DNA of 64,000 nt, taken from Blastocatellia bacterium. Its GTDB lineage: Bacteria; Acidobacteriota; Blastocatellia; UBA7656. This document shows, one piece after another, positions 51,651 to 60,204 of this stretch (positions are counted from its first letter, which is position 1; each line of letters begins with the position of its first letter). The notes under the pieces are model-generated. The model was given only the letters and a program-made list of their open reading frames with translations. It was not told where the DNA came from and ran no database searches. Position numbers and translations under genes: made by a program. The stretch is taken from the NCBI GenBank assembly GCA_963765495.1, contig CAVXWP010000001.1:1088001-1152000 (forward strand), in the 5' to 3' direction.

Positions 51651-52415
51651 ATGCGAAGACCTGTCATAGCCGCAAACTGGAAGATGTACAAGACGATTTC
51701 TGAAGCGGTGGAATTCGTCCGAGAATTTAAGCCTCTTGTTGTGTCGTCAACTCACTCGGACATAGTGCTGGCCCCGCCCTTCACTTCGATGAAGGCGATA
51801 GCAGACCGCCTTGAAGGGTCGAATATAGCCGTCGGTGCGCAGGACGTGGCGGCAGAGGGTGGGCCGGGCGCATTCACCGGAGAAGTGTCTGCCGCGATGG
51901 TCAAAGATGCCGGGGCGAGTTACGCGATCATAGGTCATTCGGAGCGACGGCAATATTACTGCGAAACCGACGAATGGGTAAATCGTAAGATTAATTCTGC
52001 GACAAAGGCCGGACTCCTCCCCATAGTCTGTTGCGGAGAGCGGCTTGAAGATAGAGACTCGGGCCGAGCCGAAGATGTGGTAAAGCGGCAACTCGGCGAA
52101 GGATTGCAAAACTTGACAGTAGAGGAAGCCGCCCGTATCATTATCGCTTACGAGCCTATATGGGCAATCGGCACAGGGCGCACTGCAACACCGGAAACTG
52201 CCGAACATATGCACGCCTTTATCCGATCCCGCATACGCGAGATGTTTGGTGAAAAGGTGGCCGCAGATTTGAGAATAATCTACGGCGGCAGCGTGAAACC
52301 GGATAACATCGCCTCGCTGATGAGCGAGGCCGATATTGACGGCGCGCTGGTTGGCGGAGCAAGCCTTGAGGCGGGCTCGTTTGCGAAGATAGTAAATTAC
52401 AAAGAGAACAGGTAG
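51651..52415 (+). CDS. tpiA: Triosephosphate isomerase
   Basis: ANWKM, GHSERR, AYEPIWAIGTG and YGGSV. Confidence 0.97.
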   Translation: MRRPVIAANWKMYKTISEAVEFVREFKPLVVSSTHSDIVLAPPFTSMKAIADRLEGSNIAVGAQDVAAEGGPGAFTGEVSAAMVKDAGASYAIIGHSERRQYYCETDEWVNRKINSATKAGLLPIVCCGERLEDRDSGRAEDVVKRQLGEGLQNLTVEEAARIIIAYEPIWAIGTGRTATPETAEHMHAFIRSRIREMFGEKVAADLRIIYGGSVKPDNIASLMSEADIDGALVGGASLEAGSFAKIVNYKENR

Positions 52416-52423
52416 GTTTAATA

Positions 52424-52879
52424 GTGATTGGTTATATCTTAATGGCGCTTTATATTATTTCCTGTTTTGTCCTGATACTGTTCGTGCTTTTACAGCCGGG
52501 CAAATCGGATGCGGCAGCGGTTTTTGGCGGTGGTGCGAATTCGACGGCCTTCGGGCCGCGCGGCACGGCGACTGTGCTTGCGAAGGTGACTATAGGAGCT
52601 GCAATAGTATTCTTCTTAACGGCCTTCTTGTTTTCGATTCCCGGATTGTTTGCAAAACGCTCGCTCGGCGAAGGCGTAGGCCCCGCAGAGCAGACGGCCC
52701 CGGCCCCGCCCGCGACACCCCTTCCGGTGACGCCGGAATCCAGTGCGCCTCCGACCGCACAGCCCGGAGTGAATGATAAAGGGTCCACGACTGACTCAAC
52801 GTCGTCTACGGACAGCGGGGCGAAAAAGGAGCAACCGGCACCGCCAAAACAGGATTCTCAAAAGCCTCCGAACAAGTAG
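52424..52879 (+). CDS. secG: Preprotein translocase subunit SecG with Pro-rich C-terminal extension
   Basis: VLLQPGK...FGGG.....FG.RG...L.K.T; tpiA-secG-tRNA-Leu synteny. Confidence 0.9.
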   Translation: MIGYILMALYIISCFVLILFVLLQPGKSDAAAVFGGGANSTAFGPRGTATVLAKVTIGAAIVFFLTAFLFSIPGLFAKRSLGEGVGPAEQTAPAPPATPLPVTPESSAPPTAQPGVNDKGSTTDSTSSTDSGAKKEQPAPPKQDSQKPPNK

Positions 52880-52959
52880 CTAGCGATTTATTAGCGGCAA
52901 AAGCAAAGACGGTTTGCAGTTGGGAAGTAAGCATTGTTGTTTGAGAGATTGAATTTTTT

Positions 52960-53041
52960 GGGGATGTGGCGGAACAGGTAGACGCGCACGTTTGAGGGGC
53001 GTGTGGGGCAACCCGTGAGAGTTCGAGTCTCTCCATCCCCA
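52960..53041 (+). tRNA. tRNA-Leu(GAG), CCA not encoded
   Basis: Acceptor GGGGATG/CATCCCC, anticodon loop TT-GAG-GG, long variable arm, GTTCGAGTC T loop. Confidence 0.95.
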
Positions 53042-53172
53042 TTGACAAAACATTATCAGTGCATCTGGGACAAGTAATTCCTTCGGCACCAATTACATCT
53101 CTATTTTATAGATAGGCCTGAGCCAGAAAGCTCAGGCTTATTTCATTACCGGCCTATTTCCATCTAACCGAA

Positions 53173-53238
53173 TTGACACCTGCAAAGCGTGACCATATTA
53201 TTAACAGCCTTGTTACGTGTTTGTTAATAAAATGTAAA
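53173..53238 (+). promoter_or_regulatory. sigma70 promoter followed by Pho-box-like triple direct repeat
   Basis: TTGACA-N17-TATTAT (53173-53201), then TGTTAC/TGTTAA/TGTAAA at 53211/53222/53233 (11-bp period). Confidence 0.65.
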
Positions 53239-53248
53239 GAGAGGTGTT

Positions 53249-53860
53249 ATGGGGCTGTTTCCGCGAGACGAGAAATACTTCGGCCTGCTCAGCCAACTGG
53301 CGGGCAAAGTTCGGCAGGGTGGCGAACTGTTTGTGAAGTTATTCCAGGATTACGAGAATCACGCCGGATACGCCGATCAGATCAAGCAGATAGAGTTGGA
53401 ATGCGATGATCTTGCGGCAAAGATCACGGCGAAGTTGAATTCAAGCTTTATTACGCCCATTGATCGAGAAGATATATTTCTGCTCGTCACGGAACTCGAT
53501 GACGTGATTGATATGACTAATGATCTGGCGCGCAGGCTTGAGACATACGGAGTGGCTGCGCCAAAGCCGGAAGCCATAGAGGTGGCCGGTCTTCTGGGCC
53601 GGGCCACGGCTGAGATCGAGAGCGCGTTCCTTATGCTTGAGCAACACGAAGCAATGAACGAACACCTCCGAACTATAAGCCAGCTTGAGAAACGCGCCGA
53701 CTCGCTTTTCAGCGATGCGATTCGCCGTCTCTTCAGAGAAGAGAAGGACCCCATCGAAGTCATAAAATGGAAATCCATCTTTGAAGAACTCGAAGAATCT
53801 GTTGACCGATGCAAGGATGTGGCCGAGGTGCTTGAGGCCGTCATGGTTAAAAACAAATGA
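53249..53860 (+). CDS. DUF47 family phosphate transport regulator (PhoU-like)
   Basis: FITPIDREDI and LDDVID motifs; upstream of pit. Confidence 0.9.
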   Translation: MGLFPRDEKYFGLLSQLAGKVRQGGELFVKLFQDYENHAGYADQIKQIELECDDLAAKITAKLNSSFITPIDREDIFLLVTELDDVIDMTNDLARRLETYGVAAPKPEAIEVAGLLGRATAEIESAFLMLEQHEAMNEHLRTISQLEKRADSLFSDAIRRLFREEKDPIEVIKWKSIFEELEESVDRCKDVAEVLEAVMVKNK

Positions 53861-53965
53861 TCCGTGATCCGTGATTGTCAGGCAGGCCATCTGTTAAAGA
53901 TGACTTGCAAACCTGCCGTATCAGCATCACGCATCACGTATCACGCATCACGTATCACGTATCAC
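53858..53965 (+). repeat. GTGA/TCAC heptamer-armed element with 44-bp core (copy 7)
   Basis: Core 53876-53919. The TGA stop is part of the left arm; the right arm has about 6 ATCACGY units. Confidence 0.88.
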
Positions 53966-53990
53966 CTATCACTTCTGGAGGTCCAATCCT

Positions 53991-55022
53991 ATGACAACGC
54001 TGATGGCGTTTGTCGTAACTATAATCCTAGTCGCCCTCATTTTTGATTACGTCAACGGATTTCACGACGCAGCCAATTCGATTGCGACCGTAGTATCAAC
54101 GAGAGTGCTTTCGCCGGGGATAGCTGTAATCTGGGCGGCATTTTTCAATTTTATTGCCTTCCTGGTATTCGGGACCCGTGTGGCCAAAACCATCGGCGGC
54201 GACATGATCAACATCAAACTTATTGCCGAAGAGTGGCAGTTGTGGGCATTGATGTGTGGCCTCCTGGGGGCGATCATCTGGAATATTATTACCTGGTATT
54301 ACGGTCTGCCGTCGAGTTCCTCGCACGCGCTCATAGGCGGATACGCAGGCGCGTCCGTGGCCGCGCATGGCGGTTTTAGCGGTCTCTTTATAGCCACAGG
54401 ATGGATAAAGACAATAGCCTTCATATTCATCTCGCCGCTTGTCGGCATGTTTCTGGGATTTTCGTTTATGGTCGCCATAATGTGGATTTTCCGCCGTCGT
54501 TCGCCCGACCGTGTTGACAGCATATTTCGCAAGATGCAATTGATGTCGGCGGCGCTTTTCAGCCTCGGACATGGCGGAAACGACGCGCAAAAGACCATGG
54601 GCATCATTGCCGCCGTACTCGTAGCCTCAAATATCAATGCCGGTGCGACAAAAGAGATACCGCTCTGGGTGGTCCTGGTCTGCCACGCGGCCATCGGGCT
54701 GGGAACCCTTTCAGGCGGCTGGCGCATAGTCCATACGATGGGGTCGCGCATAACCAAACTCAAGCCCGTGGGCGGGTTCGCCGCTGAATCCGCCGGAGCT
54801 ACCACCATGTTTATGGCTACCTTTGGCGGCATACCCGTAAGCACTACGCATACGATAACGGGAGCCATCATGGGCGTAGGCTCTACCCGAAGGCTTTCCG
54901 CCGTGCGATGGGGGGTCGCAAGGACGGTCATCTGGGCCTGGGTACTGACCATACCTCTTTCGGCGCTGATTGCTGCCCTCTGCTTTTACCTCGTTCAATT
55001 CGCCGATAAAGCGATAAAGTAG
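53991..55022 (+). CDS. pit: Inorganic phosphate transporter, PiT family
   Basis: GFHDAANSIAT, PSSSSH, HGGNDAQK and PVSTTH motifs. Confidence 0.93.
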   Translation: MTTLMAFVVTIILVALIFDYVNGFHDAANSIATVVSTRVLSPGIAVIWAAFFNFIAFLVFGTRVAKTIGGDMINIKLIAEEWQLWALMCGLLGAIIWNIITWYYGLPSSSSHALIGGYAGASVAAHGGFSGLFIATGWIKTIAFIFISPLVGMFLGFSFMVAIMWIFRRRSPDRVDSIFRKMQLMSAALFSLGHGGNDAQKTMGIIAAVLVASNINAGATKEIPLWVVLVCHAAIGLGTLSGGWRIVHTMGSRITKLKPVGGFAAESAGATTMFMATFGGIPVSTTHTITGAIMGVGSTRRLSAVRWGVARTVIWAWVLTIPLSALIAALCFYLVQFADKAIK

Positions 55023-55126
55023 TCCGTAGTCCGTGGTCCGTTGCCCGCCGTTTGCCGCAGAGTATTCGTTATCAGGAATTCGCAATTTTACAACACACCA
55101 CGAACCACGGATCACGGACAAAGGAC
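55019..55126. repeat. Hairpin element with GTCCGTA/CACGGAC heptamer arms
   Basis: gtagtccgtagtccgtggtccgttg ... ccacgaaccacggatcacggacaaaggac; the pit stop TAG is part of the arm. Confidence 0.72.
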
Positions 55127-55522
55127 ACAGGGCTTATCAGAGATTATTATTGACATGCCACGAGCCTGATGTTACAAGGTTATCGGCTATAAGGCTGACC
55201 GAATATTCTGTCTTTGCCGTTCCCCACGGCCATTCAATCAGAGATCGGAGCAGCCCGGTTAGTTTTCAAACTGCCCCTGCGGTTACTGAGCTGTTATCTG
55301 TCGAACAGGTCGCTTCCCCCAGAAGTCTCTCAGTTAGCAAACAATTTATAAGTTACCAATAGCGCGCCCGCCCCCCAGGGTTTGTGGACGCGGGTGAAAG
55401 GTTTTCGGCGTATTACGCCGATTATCACGGGTGCACGGCAGGCAAGAAAGCTTGCGTTGCCGGAACCCTTCGAAAGGTGACTCCGCCTCGAATCAACAGC
55501 GAAGGCGGAACATTGTTTTAAT

Positions 55523-57262
55523 ATGTCGGCTAAACTGGGAGAGACCCTCCTAAAAGACAATCTAATAACGCCGCAGCAACTCAAAGAGGCGCTTGACTAT
55601 CAACGAGTCAACGGTGGCCGGCTCGCCTCTACGCTGGTTAAGCTCGGCATGCTATCGGATGAAGAAGTCACTGCCGTGCTGTCTCGCCAGTACGGCGTGC
55701 CCTCGGTCAATCTGGATCTGTTCGAAATTGATCCTGCGGCAGTGGCGCTCGTGCCTCAAGAGACTGCCGAACGTTACTGCGTGCTTCCGCTCTCTCGTGT
55801 CGGGGCTACGCTCACACTTGCCATGGTGGACCCGACCAATGTCTTTGCCATAGACGATATAAAGTTTATGACCGGGCTCTCGGTAGAGCCTGTCGTGGTC
55901 AGTGAAAACACTCTGCTTGCGGCAATCGCAAAGTATTACGGCACGTCACGCGAGATCGAACTTGCCCGCGTGATGGAAGACCTCGTCGCCGAGACCACAG
56001 GTAAGAACGATTACGGCGAGGAACTGGACCAGCTTGAACTTGAAGACGAAGAAGAGATAGACCTCGAAAATCTTGAGAGGATGGCCGAGGACGCTCCCGT
56101 CGTCAAACTTGTAAACGTCATACTGGTTGACGCGCTTCGACGCGGCGCTTCCGATATTCATATCGAGCCCTACGAAAAAGAGTTCCGCGTGCGCTTCCGC
56201 ATGGACGGTGTGCTTTACAACATAATGAATCCGCCGCTCAAGATGCGCGATGCGCTCACGTCAAGGATGAAGATCATGGCGCGACTCGACATCGCCGAAA
56301 AGCGTCTTCCGCAGGACGGGCGCATAAAGCTCAGAGTGCGACTCGACAATCGTTCGCGCGAACTGGATTTTCGCGTCTCGACACTGCCGACCATCTTCGG
56401 CGAAAAGATGGTGCTGCGCCTGCTCGATAAAGAGAACCTGCGGTTAGATATGACCAAGCTTGGCTTCGAAGCTGAAAGCCTTGACAAATTCAAACGCAAC
56501 ATCTCTAAACCATACGGCATGGTGCTTGTCACAGGGCCTACGGGGTCGGGCAAGACCTCTACGCTTTATTCCGCGCTTCAGAGCCTGAACACGCCGGAAA
56601 CAAATATAATGACCGCCGAAGACCCCGTAGAATTCAATCTGCCCGGCGTCAATCAGGTGCAGATGAAAGAGTCTATCGGGCTCAATTTCGCAGCCGCCCT
56701 GCGTTCGTTCCTCAGACAGGACCCGAACATCATACTGGTAGGTGAAATCCGGGATTTCGAAACCGCCGAGATAGGCGTCAAGGCCGCGCTCACAGGCCAT
56801 CTGGTCTTATCAACGCTTCATACCAACGACGCGCCTTCGACCATCAGCCGTTTAATGAACATGGGTATTGAGCCGTTTCTTGTGGCTACGTCTGTGAACC
56901 TGATTCAGGCTCAACGCCTCGTGCGCAGGATATGCAAGGATTGCAAGGTCGACCTGGCCGCGCCCGATGAGGCGATGATTGACGTGGGGTTTGCCGCAAG
57001 CGAAGTGGGCAATATAAAGACATTCAAGGGAACCGGATGCCCCAGTTGCAACGGGACCGGATACAAGGGCCGCGTGGGGCTCTATGAAGTTATGGAGATA
57101 ACCGACGAGGTGCGCGAATTGATTCTGGTCGGGGCGTCGGGCCTCGAACTGCGCCGCAAGGCGATTGAAGAGGGAATGCTGACCCTCAGAATGAGCGGCC
57201 TTGAAAAGATACGTCAGGGACTGACAACCATCGAGGAAGTGGTGAGAGAAACAGTGAAATGA
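55523..57262 (+). CDS. pilB: Type IV pilus assembly ATPase with N-terminal MshEN-like region
   Basis: KLGETLLKDNLIT..QL.EAL, GPTGSGKT, LRQDP and CxxC..CxxC. Confidence 0.95.
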   Translation: MSAKLGETLLKDNLITPQQLKEALDYQRVNGGRLASTLVKLGMLSDEEVTAVLSRQYGVPSVNLDLFEIDPAAVALVPQETAERYCVLPLSRVGATLTLAMVDPTNVFAIDDIKFMTGLSVEPVVVSENTLLAAIAKYYGTSREIELARVMEDLVAETTGKNDYGEELDQLELEDEEEIDLENLERMAEDAPVVKLVNVILVDALRRGASDIHIEPYEKEFRVRFRMDGVLYNIMNPPLKMRDALTSRMKIMARLDIAEKRLPQDGRIKLRVRLDNRSRELDFRVSTLPTIFGEKMVLRLLDKENLRLDMTKLGFEAESLDKFKRNISKPYGMVLVTGPTGSGKTSTLYSALQSLNTPETNIMTAEDPVEFNLPGVNQVQMKESIGLNFAAALRSFLRQDPNIILVGEIRDFETAEIGVKAALTGHLVLSTLHTNDAPSTISRLMNMGIEPFLVATSVNLIQAQRLVRRICKDCKVDLAAPDEAMIDVGFAASEVGNIKTFKGTGCPSCNGTGYKGRVGLYEVMEITDEVRELILVGASGLELRRKAIEEGMLTLRMSGLEKIRQGLTTIEEVVRETVK

Positions 57263-57317
57263 TTTTATATTTTGGATTTTGGATTGGCGGCTAATCTAAA
57301 ATCTAAAATCCAAAATC
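57260..57317. repeat. Hairpin element with GATTTTG/CAAAATC heptamer arms
   Basis: gattttatattttggattttggatt-ggcggct-aatctaaaatctaaaatccaaaatc. Confidence 0.82.
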
Positions 57318-57329
57318 CCGGGAGGGAAA

Positions 57330-58496
57330 ATGCCAGAGATTGTTTTGAGTGATTTGTTGAGGAAGATGATCGAGATGGGCGGGTCTGACCTGCACATTAC
57401 GACCAATTCTTCGCCAATGGTCCGGGTGCACGGTGTGCTCAGGCCGCTTGAATTTGGGGAGCTATCCCCGGCCGATACGAAGCAACTGGCCTATTCTGTG
57501 TTGACCGACGCGCAGAAGCATCGCTTCGAAGAGACGCTGGAACTCGATTTCTCGTTCGGCATCAAGGGGCTGTCGCGTTTTCGCGCAAACATCTTCAACC
57601 AGCGGGGCGCGGTCGGCGCGGTATTTCGATCAATCCCGTACGAAATAAAATCATTTGAAGAGTTGGGACTGCCGGCGGTGATCGAAAAGCTTTGCGAGAA
57701 GCCACGCGGCTTGATTCTGGTCACAGGGCCTACGGGGTCGGGCAAATCGACTACGCTCGCGGCTATGATAGACAAGGTCAATCGTGACCGACACGAGCAC
57801 ATCATAACGGTCGAAGACCCGATTGAGTATCTGCATTCGCACAAGAGCTGCCTGGTGAATCAGCGTGAAGTACACGCCGACACACACTCGTTTTCAAACG
57901 CGCTCAGAGCGGCGCTTCGCCAGGACCCGGATGTTGTGCTCATCGGCGAAATGCGCGACCTCGAAACCACCGAGACCGCGCTCCGCATAGCCGAGACCGG
58001 CCACCTGACCTTTGCCACTCTGCACACCAATTCCGCGGCGTCTTCGATCAACCGCGTGATAGACATTTTCCCCGCGCACCAGCAGTCACAAATACGAACG
58101 CAACTTTCGATGGTGCTCGAAGGGATTGTCACTCAGGCCCTGCTTCCGAAAGCAAACGGACAGGGTCGCGTGCTTGCTATGGAGATACTGATTCCGAATT
58201 CCGCCATAAGAAACCTTGTGCGCGAAGATAAGGTCCACCAGATTTACTCGATGATGCAGACGGGCCAGGAAAAATACGGAATGCAGACCTTCAATCAGGC
58301 GCTTGCGAGCCTCTATTTCAAGCGGCAGATAACGCTTGAGATGGCTATGATGCGTTCGGGAGTACCGGACGAACTTCAGGATTTGATAAGTCGCGGGGCC
58401 GCCGCTCTGCAAACCGGCCAGCCGCAAATGGGAGCCCGGTCCGGCCAGGCGCAAGGCAACAGGCCGCTTTCGCCGCTCGGACGTGTGGGAAGATAG
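57330..58496 (+). CDS. pilT: Type IV pilus retraction ATPase
   Basis: GSDLH, GPTGSGKSTT, LRQDPD, AIRNLVRE and GMQT motifs. Confidence 0.95.
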   Translation: MPEIVLSDLLRKMIEMGGSDLHITTNSSPMVRVHGVLRPLEFGELSPADTKQLAYSVLTDAQKHRFEETLELDFSFGIKGLSRFRANIFNQRGAVGAVFRSIPYEIKSFEELGLPAVIEKLCEKPRGLILVTGPTGSGKSTTLAAMIDKVNRDRHEHIITVEDPIEYLHSHKSCLVNQREVHADTHSFSNALRAALRQDPDVVLIGEMRDLETTETALRIAETGHLTFATLHTNSAASSINRVIDIFPAHQQSQIRTQLSMVLEGIVTQALLPKANGQGRVLAMEILIPNSAIRNLVREDKVHQIYSMMQTGQEKYGMQTFNQALASLYFKRQITLEMAMMRSGVPDELQDLISRGAAALQTGQPQMGARSGQAQGNRPLSPLGRVGR

Positions 58497-58500
58497 CATA

Positions 58501-58630
58501 AGGGATGAGGGATGAGGGATGAGGGATGAAAAGGACTCTTAGTAATTATCATATTGATTACGGAACTGCCTGTATGACATTGCGTGGTCAGGCTCCTTTT
58601 CATCCCTCATCCCTCATCCCTCATCCCTCA
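58501..58630. repeat. Hairpin element with GGGATGA/TCATCCC heptamer arms (4+4 units)
   Basis: (agggatg)4-aaaagga ... tcctttt-(catccct)4. Confidence 0.88.
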
Positions 58631-58681
58631 AGAGTTGCCCCTTTAGCAGAATGCTAAACAAAAAATCAGTGAGGTTGTAAA

Positions 58682-59908
58682 ATGCCGACTTATGTATTTA
58701 AGGGTCGTAATCGTTTGAACGAAATAGTCGTCGGCGAGCGGGTGGCAGCAGACCGTGGGACGCTTGAGGCGATGTTGCGCCGAGAGCAGGTCATCCTGAC
58801 CAGCGCGCGCGAAAAAGGGCGCGAGATCAGCTTGCCAAAAGTGGGACGCGAAAAGGTAAAGAGCAAAGACCTGGCGCTGTTCACCCGGCAATTCTCCGTC
58901 ATGCTCGATGCGGGTCTCCCGCTCGTGCAATGTCTGGAGATACTCGGCCAGCAGCAGGACAACAAATATTTTCAGAAGGTAATTTTCCAAACGCGCAGCG
59001 ATGTGGAATCCGGTATGACGCTGGCAGACGCTATGGCCAAACACCCTCGCGTGTTTGAATCGCTCTACACCAATATGGTGGCGGCAGGCGAGACCGGCGG
59101 TATACTCGACATCATCCTCCAGCGCCTGTCAACTTACCTGGAAAAGATGGTCAAGTTGAAGAGCGATGTCAAGAGCGCGTTGATCTATCCTATAGCGGTC
59201 ATTGTCATCTCGATATTGGTGATTTCGGTAATCATGATCGTGGTCATCCCGGCCTTCAAGAATATATTCGAAGGTTTACTGGGGCCGGGCGAAAAATTGC
59301 CCTGGCTGACGGAATTCGTCGTCATGATATCGCAATTTATGGCCGGTTACTGGTGGCTGATAGGCATCGTGATCGGCATCTTTGTCTTCGCCATGAAGGC
59401 CTGGTACAAGACCGAAAAGGGCCAGCGCATAATTGATAGTATTATGTTGAAGCTGCCGGTTTTCGGCCCTATCCTGAGAAAGATTGCCATCGCGCGATTC
59501 AGCCGTACGCTCGGCACGTTGCTCTCTTCGGGCGTTCCGATACTCGAATCTCTCGACATCACTGCACGCACAGCGGGCAACGTAGTCGTAGGCGAGGCGA
59601 TCACGAAAGTGCGCGTAGGCGTAGAGCAGGGACAAACATTCGTCGAGCCGCTCAAGGCTACCGAGATATTTCCCGTTATGGTCAGCCAGATGATAGGCGT
59701 AGGCGAACAGACCGGCGCGCTCGATGCGATGTTGTCAAAGATAGCCGACTTTTACGAGCAGGAAGTCGACGCGGCAATCGCAAACCTGTTGAGCCTGATG
59801 GAGCCTGCGATGATCCTGTTCCTCGGCGTCACGATAGGAACTATCGTCATAGCGATGTATCTGCCGCTCTTCACACTTATCGGCAAACTCGCGGGCGGGG
59901 GGCACTGA
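58682..59908 (+). CDS. pilC: Type IV pilus inner-membrane platform protein
   Basis: FTRQFSVMLDAG, AGETGG, GEQTGALD and AMYLPLF; pilB-pilT-pilC order. Confidence 0.95.
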   Translation: MPTYVFKGRNRLNEIVVGERVAADRGTLEAMLRREQVILTSAREKGREISLPKVGREKVKSKDLALFTRQFSVMLDAGLPLVQCLEILGQQQDNKYFQKVIFQTRSDVESGMTLADAMAKHPRVFESLYTNMVAAGETGGILDIILQRLSTYLEKMVKLKSDVKSALIYPIAVIVISILVISVIMIVVIPAFKNIFEGLLGPGEKLPWLTEFVVMISQFMAGYWWLIGIVIGIFVFAMKAWYKTEKGQRIIDSIMLKLPVFGPILRKIAIARFSRTLGTLLSSGVPILESLDITARTAGNVVVGEAITKVRVGVEQGQTFVEPLKATEIFPVMVSQMIGVGEQTGALDAMLSKIADFYEQEVDAAIANLLSLMEPAMILFLGVTIGTIVIAMYLPLFTLIGKLAGGGH

Positions 59909-60008
59909 AAAAAGAGCATCGGGGAGCTGTGGGGCAGCCACGATAAATGTATCCATTCAGGCTGCTCCTATCCCCCCTTGCTTCGGTCCCAAGGTCGGCT
60001 TGAAGGTC

Positions 60009-60037
60009 TTGAGCCGGATTCCGGTGCGTGGTATAGT
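60009..60037 (+). promoter_or_regulatory. sigma70 promoter upstream of pilS
   Basis: TTGAGC-N17-TATAGT with extended -10 TG. Confidence 0.55.
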
Positions 60038-60204
60038 CGGTGACGACTTTTTGAATTCATGCCTCTAAACTGTTTCTCGGTTGTAAGCGGGATGATTTGG
60101 GGTTGACCGCAAGTCGGTTCGTCCGGCTGCCGAAGGGCGTTCCAACACAAAGGCCGATAACTGAATTCGTTAAAGCCATGTGATGGACATCACGTGATTG
60201 TGTT

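Noticed and set aside
53041-53170. Integration site at tRNA-Leu
   Set aside because: No duplicated tRNA 3' end or integrase seen; housekeeping genes follow
60040-60204. c-di-GMP-I riboswitch in the pilS leader
   Set aside because: Only a short 3'-like motif (cggctgccgaa) is present; the GGCAAA..GAAA..GACGCAAA core is missing
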